A stretch of DNA of 64,000 nt from Gammaproteobacteria bacterium. Lineage in GTDB: Bacteria > Pseudomonadota > Gammaproteobacteria > UBA4575. Shown here piece by piece: positions 10,401 through 18,192 of this stretch. Both the position numbers and the translations under genes were made by a program. Positions within the stretch are counted from its first letter, which is position 1. Each line of letters begins with the position of its first letter. The DNA lies in NCBI GenBank assembly GCA_965222615.1, contig CBDCUI010000007.1, positions 352,001 to 416,000 on the forward strand, read 5' to 3'. Below the pieces are notes generated by a model, which was not told the DNA's origin, did no database searches, and saw nothing but the letters and a program-made list of their open reading frames with translations.

Positions 10401-10897
10401 TACGTTATGTGCCTGTAGTACATACAGGAAATCAGGCTCGATCGCTTGAAGAAGTCGCAGTTATTTCCGAAATTGTTAAGGACCTCCTTGAAGGAGGTTC
10501 ATGGAAGGATAAGGAGCACAATGTTACAACTTTGACCGAACAAGATATCCTTATTGTTGCACCATATAACTCTCAGGTAGCAGCATTGATTGAAGCACTT
10601 CCTATGTTGCAAAATCGAATTGGAACTGTAGATCGTTTTCAAGGACAGGAAGCAGCTCTTGTATTATATTCAATGACATCCTCAAGCGCAGAAGATGCTC
10701 CACGAGGAATGGAGTTTCTTTATGATCGGCACCGATTCAATGTTGCGACTTCTCGTGCTAGAGCTTTATGTATATTGGTCGGTAGTCCTGCTCTATTTGA
10801 TCCAGACTGCAAAACACCACGCCAAATGCGTAGGGTTAACGGGTTCTGTCGTTACATGGAGATGACTAAAAAAATTAGTATGTGTGACAGTTTTTGA
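7460..10897 (+). CDS. TM0106-family RecB/Cas4-like nuclease + RNase H-like domain + SF1 helicase
   Basis: APTDLSNFHSC, GRADFL..YEVVDTKLA..LQLCVY, CDLCTWWSEC; DIFLDFEG/VDLY/YNREDC; GPPGTGKT, DEAGQ, GDPQQL, FQGQE, RFNVATSRA. Confidence 0.9.
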   Translation: MKIRNKNISLAPTDLSNFHSCHHLTYLDTKNAKGLIERPSRYGPLLDELKARGIAHEQKYFEHLKSQGLSFVQINNSDSDNFSKETALEETIAAMRNGIDVIYQATLLDNTWLGRADFLHKVESSSKFGNWSYEVVDTKLARDTKAGTILQLCVYSYLLSKLQGTRPEFMCVVTPGSDFIPLKYRVDDYGAYFRFAENNITDFIESEEDTYPELVPHCDLCTWWSECEKRRRGDDHLCYVAGIRGSQIKSLRSLGIERLADLAHLENIPETPHGSREALTRVRDQAKVQFIGRDKSGSYYEFIEPFNSEHGLAMLPEPTQDDIFLDFEGSHFVEQGVQEYLTGFLTLDPDGNQNYTALWARTLEEECRSFEEFIDIAIDACMRNQNAHIYHFASYEPTALKRLMGRFATRGEELDDLLRREAFVDLYTIVKRTLIASVERYSIKDLEPFFGYSRSQDLAEATMSRRIVENIIESGDIDDANQKHFQIVESYNREDCESAKRLRDWLEKLREEVISNGHVLPRPDIKTGDASEEISELDSELQRLRDGLLQEVPMEPEDRSDEQQARFTLAHMMEFHRREDKAAWWEYFRVLDLDQSDYVDERRALINLKFEKVVDAKRAPLQRYSFVPQELDVRRNDDVYDSEGNKVGKVTDVNYSARTIDIKKMIATADEHPNSVVFHNQVSSKALRESLMRFGESVLEQGFNGQLPYSSGLELLLCNSSPLAGDNGSLQQVNESTLDAACRLALNLDHHVLAIQGPPGTGKTYTGAHIICVLIQQGLKVGVTAVSHKVIENLLEGAMEEAHKQGINLQGVHRQDGEYQGNWNIERKKDYRTIRRQLDDGSIDVLGATAWCWVREEFEQSVDVLIVDEAGQMSLSNVLAASPGSKGLVLLGDPQQLEQPLQSSHPEGSEVSALYYLLDGEDTMPADKGLFLNETFRLHPSICQFTSEVYYEKRLIAQPDLINQEIIFLLDKTSRISGSGLRYVPVVHTGNQARSLEEVAVISEIVKDLLEGGSWKDKEHNVTTLTEQDILIVAPYNSQVAALIEALPMLQNRIGTVDRFQGQEAALVLYSMTSSSAEDAPRGMEFLYDRHRFNVATSRARALCILVGSPALFDPDCKTPRQMRRVNGFCRYMEMTKKISMCDSF

Positions 10898-11123
10898 TTA
10901 TTTTGTTAATTGGACAATGTTTTTAGACACTAAGTTATTAATCATCGCCCCTCGAACAAGCCCATGATAGTTATGTACTTGGAAGGACCCCCTAAAAATA
11001 ATCCTTTAAAATAATGAATCGATAATTGTCATTGTTAAACATTGCATTCAGGATTTAGCAAAAATACATAATTCTTTTTTCATACGCAGTGTATGAGTCC
11101 ACGGTTCATCTCAAATCTAATAA

Positions 11124-11366
11124 TTAGTCGTAATCATCATCGTAATAACCGAATAAGTCACATCCATTATCAAACATGCCAGTACAGTGGTTATATATAC
11201 CGGCTAGATTATTCGCATTGGTACCTCTAATATAATCACGATAATCATCATCACTCATATAAACATTGCGAAAACATGGTTCGCCCATACCGTCAAATGG
11301 ATCTGATGTATCAAGCTTAAAAAGCTCTGAAATAAAATCGAAAAGAAAGATTACGATTGTGCGCAT
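11124..11366 (-). CDS. Small acidic hypothetical protein
   Basis: 80-aa ORF co-oriented with the upstream recombinase; no family recognised. Confidence 0.5.
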   Translation of the reverse strand: MRTIVIFLFDFISELFKLDTSDPFDGMGEPCFRNVYMSDDDYRDYIRGTNANNLAGIYNHCTGMFDNGCDLFGYYDDDYD

Positions 11367-11555
11367 ATAGCAGTGCTGAATTTATATTTCTAGATACAAT
11401 TGTACACCTACTAAAGAAGACCGCGACGGCGCCCCGCCGCGGCTTCTCCCGTTGTCAGCCTTACGGCTGGCCCGTGCCCTAGGGAATTTTATTTAAACAC
11501 CAATAATTTTATTTGAGCATATTTAAACACTGCGTATTAGTGGATCGATTAAACC

Positions 11556-12422
11556 TTACCTACCAAGATAAACACTTATTATTTGGATGCGTTCGTGGCC
11601 TAGCTCTCGACTGATCTGCTGTCTTGCTAATTGGTCTTTTATTAATTGTTTGAGGTTCAACTCTTTAGCTTTTGGCCCACCCGCGGCTGGAGACTTCCAG
11701 CTTGTTAGCTCAAAATATCGATTTTGTGCATATCGGTGCCTCAACCCATGTACCTTACTAAGCCCTATATATAAGGTATGTCGCTCATATGACTTAAGTT
11801 GCTGGATATATGATTTGTTTGGAGGTATCAAGGAACCCTTTCCAACCAATTGATGAGAAATGGCAATTGCCATTTTTTGAGATTCGGTTCGTATAGGAAT
11901 TGCCCTTTCTTTTCCTCCCTTTGTCCAGCTACTTTTTAGAACGAGTTGATTCTTACGATCGGCCCAATGAGGTTGAATCTTTATAGCTTCTTCTCTCCTG
12001 AGACCAAATTCCCGTTGCAACAAAAGACTAGCCCGCACCCATGGGTCTTTAACTAAATTTAGTTGCTCGTAACTTACATTGATTGCTTTTGATTCATTGT
12101 TTAGATAGTTTCGGTTCGGGATACTATAGAAAGAATTATCCTTTGCAATTACAGAACCACGATTAACTTTTTCTGCCCACCATCTCAGTGCGGCCATCCT
12201 ATTTTTGATGGTACCTGTACTGATATCTTGTTCTTGCCAGATTTGAATTAGTCTATATACATGTCTTCCTTTTAGTTGTTGGGCATGTAGTTTTTTATAA
12301 CCCGCTTCATGGAGCTGGTTGGCAATCAGATTTAAGATCTTTATTCGATTGGCCTGGGTGGCATAACTTCCATCGCGGTTTCTCCTACAAAGTTGTTTAA
12401 GTTCATAATTAAGATCCCTCAT
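11556..12422 (-). CDS. Integrase_1-type tyrosine recombinase with phage-integrase N-terminal domain
   Basis: MRDLNYELKQLCRRNRDGSYATQANR N-terminus; intact catalytic set FGLRREE, TKGG, HGLRH, LGHER, VYLG. Confidence 0.88.
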   Translation of the reverse strand: MRDLNYELKQLCRRNRDGSYATQANRIKILNLIANQLHEAGYKKLHAQQLKGRHVYRLIQIWQEQDISTGTIKNRMAALRWWAEKVNRGSVIAKDNSFYSIPNRNYLNNESKAINVSYEQLNLVKDPWVRASLLLQREFGLRREEAIKIQPHWADRKNQLVLKSSWTKGGKERAIPIRTESQKMAIAISHQLVGKGSLIPPNKSYIQQLKSYERHTLYIGLSKVHGLRHRYAQNRYFELTSWKSPAAGGPKAKELNLKQLIKDQLARQQISRELGHERIQIISVYLGR

Positions 12423-12898
12423 GTATTTAATTGGTAAGTGTTAATGACTCGTCTAGTTGTGCCGTAGCACAAAAGATTTTTAAAGAGTCGAATTACGGAT
12501 CATGTCTCTGAATGAAACTTCCATTGCATCATCCTGTTGGCGATTACAATGGAATATGGGTCTTTTTAGTTTGATAGCACCTCCTTAGTTAAGTTAAATA
12601 GTTAGTGAATAGTGGTTCGCGATTTAGATGGATCACGAACCTTCAGGGCGTTCGTTTATTGTCTGAACAAGACTAGGGTTCTACTTTGTATAGTAGATAT
12701 AGGTGCTTGGTTTTGAGTCTAAGCAGGACTCCCATTTAGTTCTGGGCGACAATGAATTCGTTGTGCACTAATAGTTGCAGATCACCACACCGTCACTCTC
12801 GATTTGGCTTTGTAACCCGCACTAGGTATGGGTTGGTGCGCATTGTCACTACCGCATTCGCGTAGTGACAATGCGCTTGGCGCAAGTAAATAGAAATG
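12423..12898 (-). ncRNA. Candidate large structured leader/ncRNA (or ssDNA origin) upstream of Integrase_1
   Basis: No ORF of 60 aa or more; at least 6 hairpins including a perfect 15-bp IR (12838-12876), a minus-strand C(UACG)G tetraloop (12457-12472), and stems with minus-strand G.U pairs (12519-12554, 12614-12641). Confidence 0.5.
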
Positions 12899-13201
12899 CT
12901 ATTTCAATATTTCAAACTTCATTAGAGCAGTTGGGCCATGCATTTCTACATTAATAGCATTAATTTCTCTAAGTTGTTTTACATAGGTTCGACATTGTCG
13001 ATCTGTACGACTTAGTACCTTGCATACTTCAGCAAGGTCAAAACACCCTATTCCATACTGATTAGCACATGCACGAAGATATCCATAGGTAAGCTTTGCG
13101 CCATGACAAATATCGCGGCGAATTGCGATAGGCAGAGGAATCACCATACACTCATTTCCATTTTTATTACAGGTGCAATAGGTTGAGTTAATTTTAGTCA
13201 T
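12899..13201 (-). CDS. Small winged-helix protein (HTH_36/replication-initiator-like N-terminal domain)
   Basis: IPLPIAIRRDICHGAKLTYGYL...LAEVCKVLSRTDRQCRTYVKQLREINAI. Confidence 0.6.
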   Translation of the reverse strand: MTKINSTYCTCNKNGNECMVIPLPIAIRRDICHGAKLTYGYLRACANQYGIGCFDLAEVCKVLSRTDRQCRTYVKQLREINAINVEMHGPTALMKFEILK

Positions 13202-13472
13202 TATTAACCTCCTTTAAGAATGTTTGATATTCATCGTCATTTAATGCAAATACTGCAGCCACATGCGCAGCAGGATAAAACACACGACGACCAAAATATC
13301 GTTTACTTTTTAGAAGATTTTTTATCTTTAGGCTTTTACTTGTTCGCAAAACATTCCCAAGACTTTCCGGTGATGTATGTACGATTTCAGCGAGATGCTG
13401 CCTTGAAATTGGATCCCCATATCTTTTTACATATGAGTCCAACATTTGTTTATATAACTCGTTTCCAAACAT
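13194..13472 (-). CDS. Excisionase/AlpA-like small DNA-binding protein
   Basis: RYGDPISRQHLAEIVHTSPESL...FGRRVFYPAAHVA resembles island RDF-type HTH proteins; overlaps the downstream gene. Confidence 0.6.
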   Translation of the reverse strand: MFGNELYKQMLDSYVKRYGDPISRQHLAEIVHTSPESLGNVLRTSKSLKIKNLLKSKRYFGRRVFYPAAHVAAVFALNDDEYQTFLKEVNND

Positions 13473-13829
13473 ATTTTCTCCAAAGTTAGAAAGCTTCTAC
13501 GCAAATAAAATAACGGAAGATAATTTCGCGCAGAAGCTCTAAAACACGAGAATTTCTCCCAAAATATAAGTTGAGAACATTTATAAGTTTGTATAGGAGG
13601 AACCACGAAGTTGGTTAACTAGAATGCGCAACTTACTTGCACACTCAGGTAAGGACCTGTTCGTGACTCAAAGTGGAGTCAGTACAAAGAAGTATTACTT
13701 CAAGGCACAGTTGTGTATAAGTAAAGCATCTCTATGGAAGAGATAACTAGGGATGTGGCAGATTTCCCTAGCGGTTCTTATGATTATATGATTTGCGTAT
13801 TTCGTCAATAGTTTGGAAAAAAACTTCCG

Positions 13830-14497
13830 CTAGTTATCATTTTGAGTTGATGTCGTTGGAGGTTTATATTTTTCGGGTCTTGTTGTTATTAAATATTTAG
13901 TCTTCGTATCTTCTATTTTAAATGGCATTCTACAATTTTCTAAATGTGGAATTTTAATAGATCCTGTTTTATGAGCATATTGTCCTAATTCCTTACTATG
14001 TCTAAACCCAGGTGGACTGATAAGCTTAATTTTTCGTTTTTTACTTAATCCATTGATTACTTGTAGCGCAGGTGCAAAGTCACTGTCTTGACTAACTATG
14101 AATGCTTCATCGAAATTATCGTTATAAGCTTCTCTAATCATAGTAACTGCAATATTTACATCGGTTTGCTTTTCTTCATGTGAAATCCATGTAGTTCCGC
14201 ATGTCTTACAGCCACTTGATTTTTCTTTGAATGACCCCAATATTACTTTTACACCACATGCTTCTTGTGCTCTTATAAATTTTTTATGCCTTTTGGCTGG
14301 GTTAATTAGCCATTCAGCTATAGCGGTAAAATAGTAGACATCAACAAGTTTATGGTTAGCAGGATTTGTAAAGGTTTCCATTAACCTCCACATATCCACC
14401 CATTTTAGATCATTGCGATCTAAATTATTGATTGCATGTATAAATTAAAACTATCTATAAAGGCTATAACCCTAGTTGGATGAGTGTTGACTACCAA
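13830..14497 (-). pseudogene. NYN/LabA-DUF88 PIN-like ribonuclease with a 1-nt frameshift near 14437
   Basis: SD AAGGAG + TTG at 14497 gives VIAFIDSFNLY; a 1-nt shift continues HAINNLDRNDLKWVDMWRL into the listed ORF with EEKQTDVNIA and SQDSDFAP. Confidence 0.8.
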
Positions 14498-14674
14498 GAT
14501 AGAGCTCCTTTATAGTGATAGTGATTTTAATCCCGCATGCTAGAGATAGTGTGCGCCTACCGCGGGGCATGCCCCCGCGGTTCTATTTTCAAATCTGAAC
14601 TCTTAATCCCCACTATTGTTTTCTTTTGTAGCAGTAAGAGTTTTAGATGTTTGAAAAAAGTCTTCAAATAAAAG

Positions 14675-14908
14675 CTAAGTTGTATTTGACAGATCATCAT
14701 CTATAAATTTCCCCTCACGATTATATTGTTTGTATATTTTACGTAGGATACTTGGTCGTTTCTCAGCAATCTTCTTAATAGCAGCCGTTAAAATATCTTT
14801 TAACTCTTCTTCTGTAAGTGTTTTGTTAGGATCTCCTCCGCCTATCTCAATCAAGGTTTTTTCTAAATTAGTTGTAAGTTTAGTTTTATTCCCAAGTTGA
14901 ATTGCCAT
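14675..14908 (-). CDS. Hypothetical protein directly downstream of the integrase
   Basis: 77-aa ORF starting 9 nt after the integrase stop. Confidence 0.55.
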   Translation of the reverse strand: MAIQLGNKTKLTTNLEKTLIEIGGGDPNKTLTEEELKDILTAAIKKIAEKRPSILRKIYKQYNREGKFIDDDLSNTT

Positions 14909-14917
14909 AACAGTTAA

Positions 14918-15961
14918 TCACTGAATATTAAGTTGATCTAACTTCGAAACTAAATCTTCAGCTCGAAGGTGTGTATATCGTTTCAACATCTGCATGCTTT
15001 TATGTCCGCTAATGGCAGCGACTTCTTGATCCCCTAATCCGGCTTCAACTAAACGGCTAATTGCTTCATGCCTGAGGTCATGAAATCTTAAGTCATGTAA
15101 TTTAGCTTTTGCTATAGCTTTTCTCCATGCGGGACGATATTGATATGGGCGACGTTTCCCATCTTTACCTGGCTCACCATAAAAAACTAAATTTGTATCA
15201 AACGGTCTAATTTTTTCGCTTAAAACTTCATTTAAAACAGATACTGCTACTTTATTAAGTGGCACTGTTCTTGAATTACCATTCTTTGTATCAGACAACC
15301 TAATAACCCTTTTCTTTAAATCAATTTGGTTACGCTCAAGGCTTTGAATTTCACCTGCGCGCATTCCAGTTGATAATGCTAAACGAGTCATCCAACCAAG
15401 TTTTGGATTTCTTTTGTTATTACACACTTCTAGTAGTTTCTTTTCCTCATCAACTGACAGTCGCCGATCTCTTCCTTTACTTGGTGAAGGTTTTCTAATG
15501 TTAAGAACTGGATTAAATGAAACTCCCAATCCCCATTCTTGTATTGCAACAGTATATAGGTGTGAAAGCAGTGCCAACTCTAGTCGTACTGTATCTGGTG
15601 ATTTTCTGAGTTTTAATCGATTATCACGGTATTCAGCAATTTTTTGTGCAGTTAATGATGCAAGAGAATAATTTCCCAACTTTTCAATAAGTCTATCTGC
15701 TCTTCTTTTTTCTGCTGTTTGCGTAGTTTGCTTTTTTGTAACAGTTACTTCTAAAAGATATCGTTGCAATGCATTCTGTAAAGTTGTTCGTTCTGCAGGC
15801 GCTCGATTTAAATAAACACCTCTCACCATTTCATCTTCGATACTTCGAGACCAGTCTTCAGCATCGCGCTTTGTACGAAATGTTTTTGAAGCAGTAGGCC
15901 AGCCTTGTTTTCTAACCAAAGCTTTCCACTTATTAGATGAAGTTTTTACGAAGGTTGCCAA
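14918..15961 (-). CDS. Site-specific tyrosine integrase (Rci/shufflon-recombinase-like clade)
   Basis: TGMRAGE, TKNG, FHDLRHEA, SGHKS, RYTH; N-terminal WKALVRKQG arm-binding domain; adjacent to the tRNA. Confidence 0.93.
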   Translation of the reverse strand: MATFVKTSSNKWKALVRKQGWPTASKTFRTKRDAEDWSRSIEDEMVRGVYLNRAPAERTTLQNALQRYLLEVTVTKKQTTQTAEKRRADRLIEKLGNYSLASLTAQKIAEYRDNRLKLRKSPDTVRLELALLSHLYTVAIQEWGLGVSFNPVLNIRKPSPSKGRDRRLSVDEEKKLLEVCNNKRNPKLGWMTRLALSTGMRAGEIQSLERNQIDLKKRVIRLSDTKNGNSRTVPLNKVAVSVLNEVLSEKIRPFDTNLVFYGEPGKDGKRRPYQYRPAWRKAIAKAKLHDLRFHDLRHEAISRLVEAGLGDQEVAAISGHKSMQMLKRYTHLRAEDLVSKLDQLNIQ

Positions 15962-16046
15962 CCTGGTACAATCCCAAAATTTACTGTACCCCTATTGTAC
16001 CTGAGTCCTGATGAATGGTTAAGCGATTTATAAGTTATTGATTTAA

Positions 16047-16122
16047 TGGTGGCCAGGGGCGGAATCGAACCACCGACACGAGGATTTTCAGTCCACTGCT
16101 CTACCAACTGAGCTACCTGGCC
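16047..16122 (-). tRNA. tRNA-Phe (GAA)
   Basis: Reverse complement GGCCAGGTAGCTCAGTTGGTAGAGCAGTGGACTGAAAATCCTCGTGTCGGTGGTTCGATTCCGCCCCTGGCCACCA, 76 nt with encoded CCA. Confidence 0.98.
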
Positions 16123-16170
16123 AAATTGTAAAAAATGATCTTTCGTTTTGTTTTAGTTTGGACTGAAAAT

Positions 16171-16229
16171 AGGATTTTCAGCCACTCTCCACCTTGCCGC
16201 TACGCGACCCCGCCATCCTGGCCAAATTG
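16171..16229 (-). pseudogene. Degenerate 5'-half copy of tRNA-Phe
   Basis: aggattttcagccactctcc...cctggccaaattg mirrors 16081-16128 aggattttcagtccactgctctacc...cctggccaaattg. Confidence 0.6.
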
Positions 16230-16250
16230 GTGAAAGATTTAAAGCGCGCT

Positions 16251-16279
16251 ATTAAACGGCTGTATATATAAGGAGTCAA
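16251..16279 (-). promoter_or_regulatory. Sigma70 promoter for tRNA-Phe with GC-rich discriminator
   Basis: Minus strand TTGACT-N17-TTTAAT followed by AGCGCGC. Confidence 0.75.
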
Positions 16280-16297
16280 TATAAATTTGATGGAAGT

Positions 16298-16576
16298 CTA
16301 AGATTGAGCGTTGGGATCAACGAATTCTTTAGGTTTTTCGGAGCCTTCGCCAAAAAAGAATTTCTCCATCTCTTCCTCTAGGAATTTGCGAGCCTTTGGA
16401 TCTACCGGAGTTAAACGATATTCGTTCATGAGCATCGTCTGGTGTCCCACCCACATCTGCCAGCCTTCTTTAGACACATTGTCATAAATTTTCTGGCCTA
16501 GCTCACCTGGATAAGGCATGTACTCTAAGCCTTCAGCTTCTTTATTAAGCTTCACACATTGCACCATGCGCGTCAT
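16298..16576 (-). CDS. yggX: Fe(II)-trafficking/oxidative damage protection protein
   Basis: [35 protein letters not shown]; follows mutY. Confidence 0.95.
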   Translation of the reverse strand: MTRMVQCVKLNKEAEGLEYMPYPGELGQKIYDNVSKEGWQMWVGHQTMLMNEYRLTPVDPKARKFLEEEMEKFFFGEGSEKPKEFVDPNAQS

Positions 16577-17648
16577 GGGATTGTTCCTTTTTATACTGTT
16601 GTACTCGTTGCAGGGTTTTTTTGACTGGCGTTGCTAAACCAACTTTTTGCCTAGCACTTTTATACCAAACCCCGAGATCGTCTTCCATTACACCATTGGG
16701 TTTATTCTCAATAGCAACTAATTTGGGCTGCAGTTGCAGCTGAAAATGGGAAAAAGTATGTGAAATTATCGGAAGGGTTATCGCTTCTGAGATATTTTTA
16801 TGCCAAGCTTCATGCAGCCATGTATTTAAGCTGGTTTCATCGGTAAATTCTGGAAAACTATACAGACCTCCCCATATTCCTACAGGTGGGCGTTTTTCTA
16901 ACCAAATTGCTCCCTTTGAATCTTGTATCACCGCAACGATGAGTTTGCGTTGCGGTAATTTTCGTGAAGGTTTTGCAGTAGGCAATTCATGTTGCCGCTG
17001 CTGTGCAAAAGCTGCGCAATTTTTTTGAATGGGACAAAGCAAACAACTTGGATTGCTACGCGTACATAAAGTGGCCCCCAAATCCATCATCGCCTGAGTA
17101 TACTTTGCCATGCTTTGGGCATTATTTTTTTTGGGCAGTAGTGATTCCGCATGTCCCCAAAGTTGCTGTTCAACTTTACGTTCACTCGGCCAACCTTCCA
17201 CAGCAAAAAAACGAGCCAGTACCCGTTTTACGTTGCCATCTAAAATGGCATGCGATTGATTGAAACTTAAAGCCAGGATGGCGGCTGCCGTGGAACGCCC
17301 AATACCGGGTAACGCAATCACTTCCTCAAAGGTTTGTGGAAATTCTCCTTGGTGTTTTGTACAAATTTGTTGGGCTGTTAGATGTAAATTTCGTGCGCGT
17401 GCGTAATATCCCAAACCAGTCCATAGATGCAATACTTCATCGATGGGTGCCTTTGCCAGTTGTTTTACATTTGGAAAACGTTGCATGAATTTTTCATAGT
17501 AGGGAACTACGGTCTCGACCCGCGTTTGTTGCAACATGATTTCTGAAACCCAAATACGATACGGATCTCGATCTTGCTGCCAAGGCAAATCTTTGCGGCC
17601 ATGTTGTTGGAACCATGTCAAGATTTGAGTACTAAAGTTCTCATTCAT
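16545..17648 (-). CDS. mutY: A/G-specific adenine glycosylase
   Basis: [38 protein letters not shown]6-C-X2-C-X5-C cluster. Confidence 0.97.
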   Translation of the reverse strand: MNENFSTQILTWFQQHGRKDLPWQQDRDPYRIWVSEIMLQQTRVETVVPYYEKFMQRFPNVKQLAKAPIDEVLHLWTGLGYYARARNLHLTAQQICTKHQGEFPQTFEEVIALPGIGRSTAAAILALSFNQSHAILDGNVKRVLARFFAVEGWPSERKVEQQLWGHAESLLPKKNNAQSMAKYTQAMMDLGATLCTRSNPSCLLCPIQKNCAAFAQQRQHELPTAKPSRKLPQRKLIVAVIQDSKGAIWLEKRPPVGIWGGLYSFPEFTDETSLNTWLHEAWHKNISEAITLPIISHTFSHFQLQLQPKLVAIENKPNGVMEDDLGVWYKSARQKVGLATPVKKTLQRVQQYKKEQSHDAHGAMCEA

Positions 17649-18192
17649 GATTCGTTTTTGAACTGGCGCGCACTTGCTCAACACTTTCGATAACTCGTGC
17701 TTTAAATTTTCTTGTTAACACGTAAGAACGAATGATGGGCGGCACCCAAAATTTAGGTTGTACCTTGGCATGATACTCTACGGTTGTGCTTGATGGGTTT
17801 TGAGTCAGCTCCCAACTTGCATAGCCCGAACGCAAATCACTTAACAAGGGAATCACAATGGCCTCTAGTTTGTTATTTCCGTCTTGTAGCATATCTTCTA
17901 CACGGGTAATGTCTTTACAAAAAAATAACACGCAATCATGTACCACGGTGCGTATACGTGTTTTGGTATCATCTGGCGTTGCTATAATTTCACTAACTTT
18001 TATTGCCGGACTAAGATTAGCGATATTTTCATAGTCCGTTAGCACCGCCATCACTCGTACCGGGGAGGCCTCGACATCAAACTTGGCGGTGAGATAATAG
18101 ATGCCTTGCTCGTAGCGCACATCAAACTCATCGGCTTGGGCAATGCCCACTACGCAAATCCATACGAGGAATACGTAGTGGATCGATTTCAT
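17641..18192 (-). CDS. Exported SRPBCC/START-fold protein
   Basis: Signal peptide, VMAVLTDYE motif, polyketide-cyclase-like pattern. Confidence 0.7.
   Translation of the reverse strand: MKSIHYVFLVWICVVGIAQADEFDVRYEQGIYYLTAKFDVEASPVRVMAVLTDYENIANLSPAIKVSEIIATPDDTKTRIRTVVHDCVLFFCKDITRVEDMLQDGNNKLEAIVIPLLSDLRSGYASWELTQNPSSTTVEYHAKVQPKFWVPPIIRSYVLTRKFKARVIESVEQVRASSKTNHE

Larger units (their letters stand above)
1331..16092. mobile_element. tRNA-Phe-integrated genomic island (~14.7 kb), probably an integrative/mobilisable defence island
   Basis: 47-bp direct repeats at both ends, tyrosine integrase adjacent to the tRNA, accessory cargo, no phage structural or T4SS genes seen. Confidence 0.93.

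Noticed and set aside
14918-15961. Shufflon suggested by the Rci-like recombinase
   Set aside because: No multiple inverted sfx-type repeats or invertible C-terminal cassettes seen; its position at the tRNA att explains it as the island integrase.
1331-16092. Prophage or phage satellite
   Set aside because: No capsid, terminase, portal, tail or primase genes recognised.
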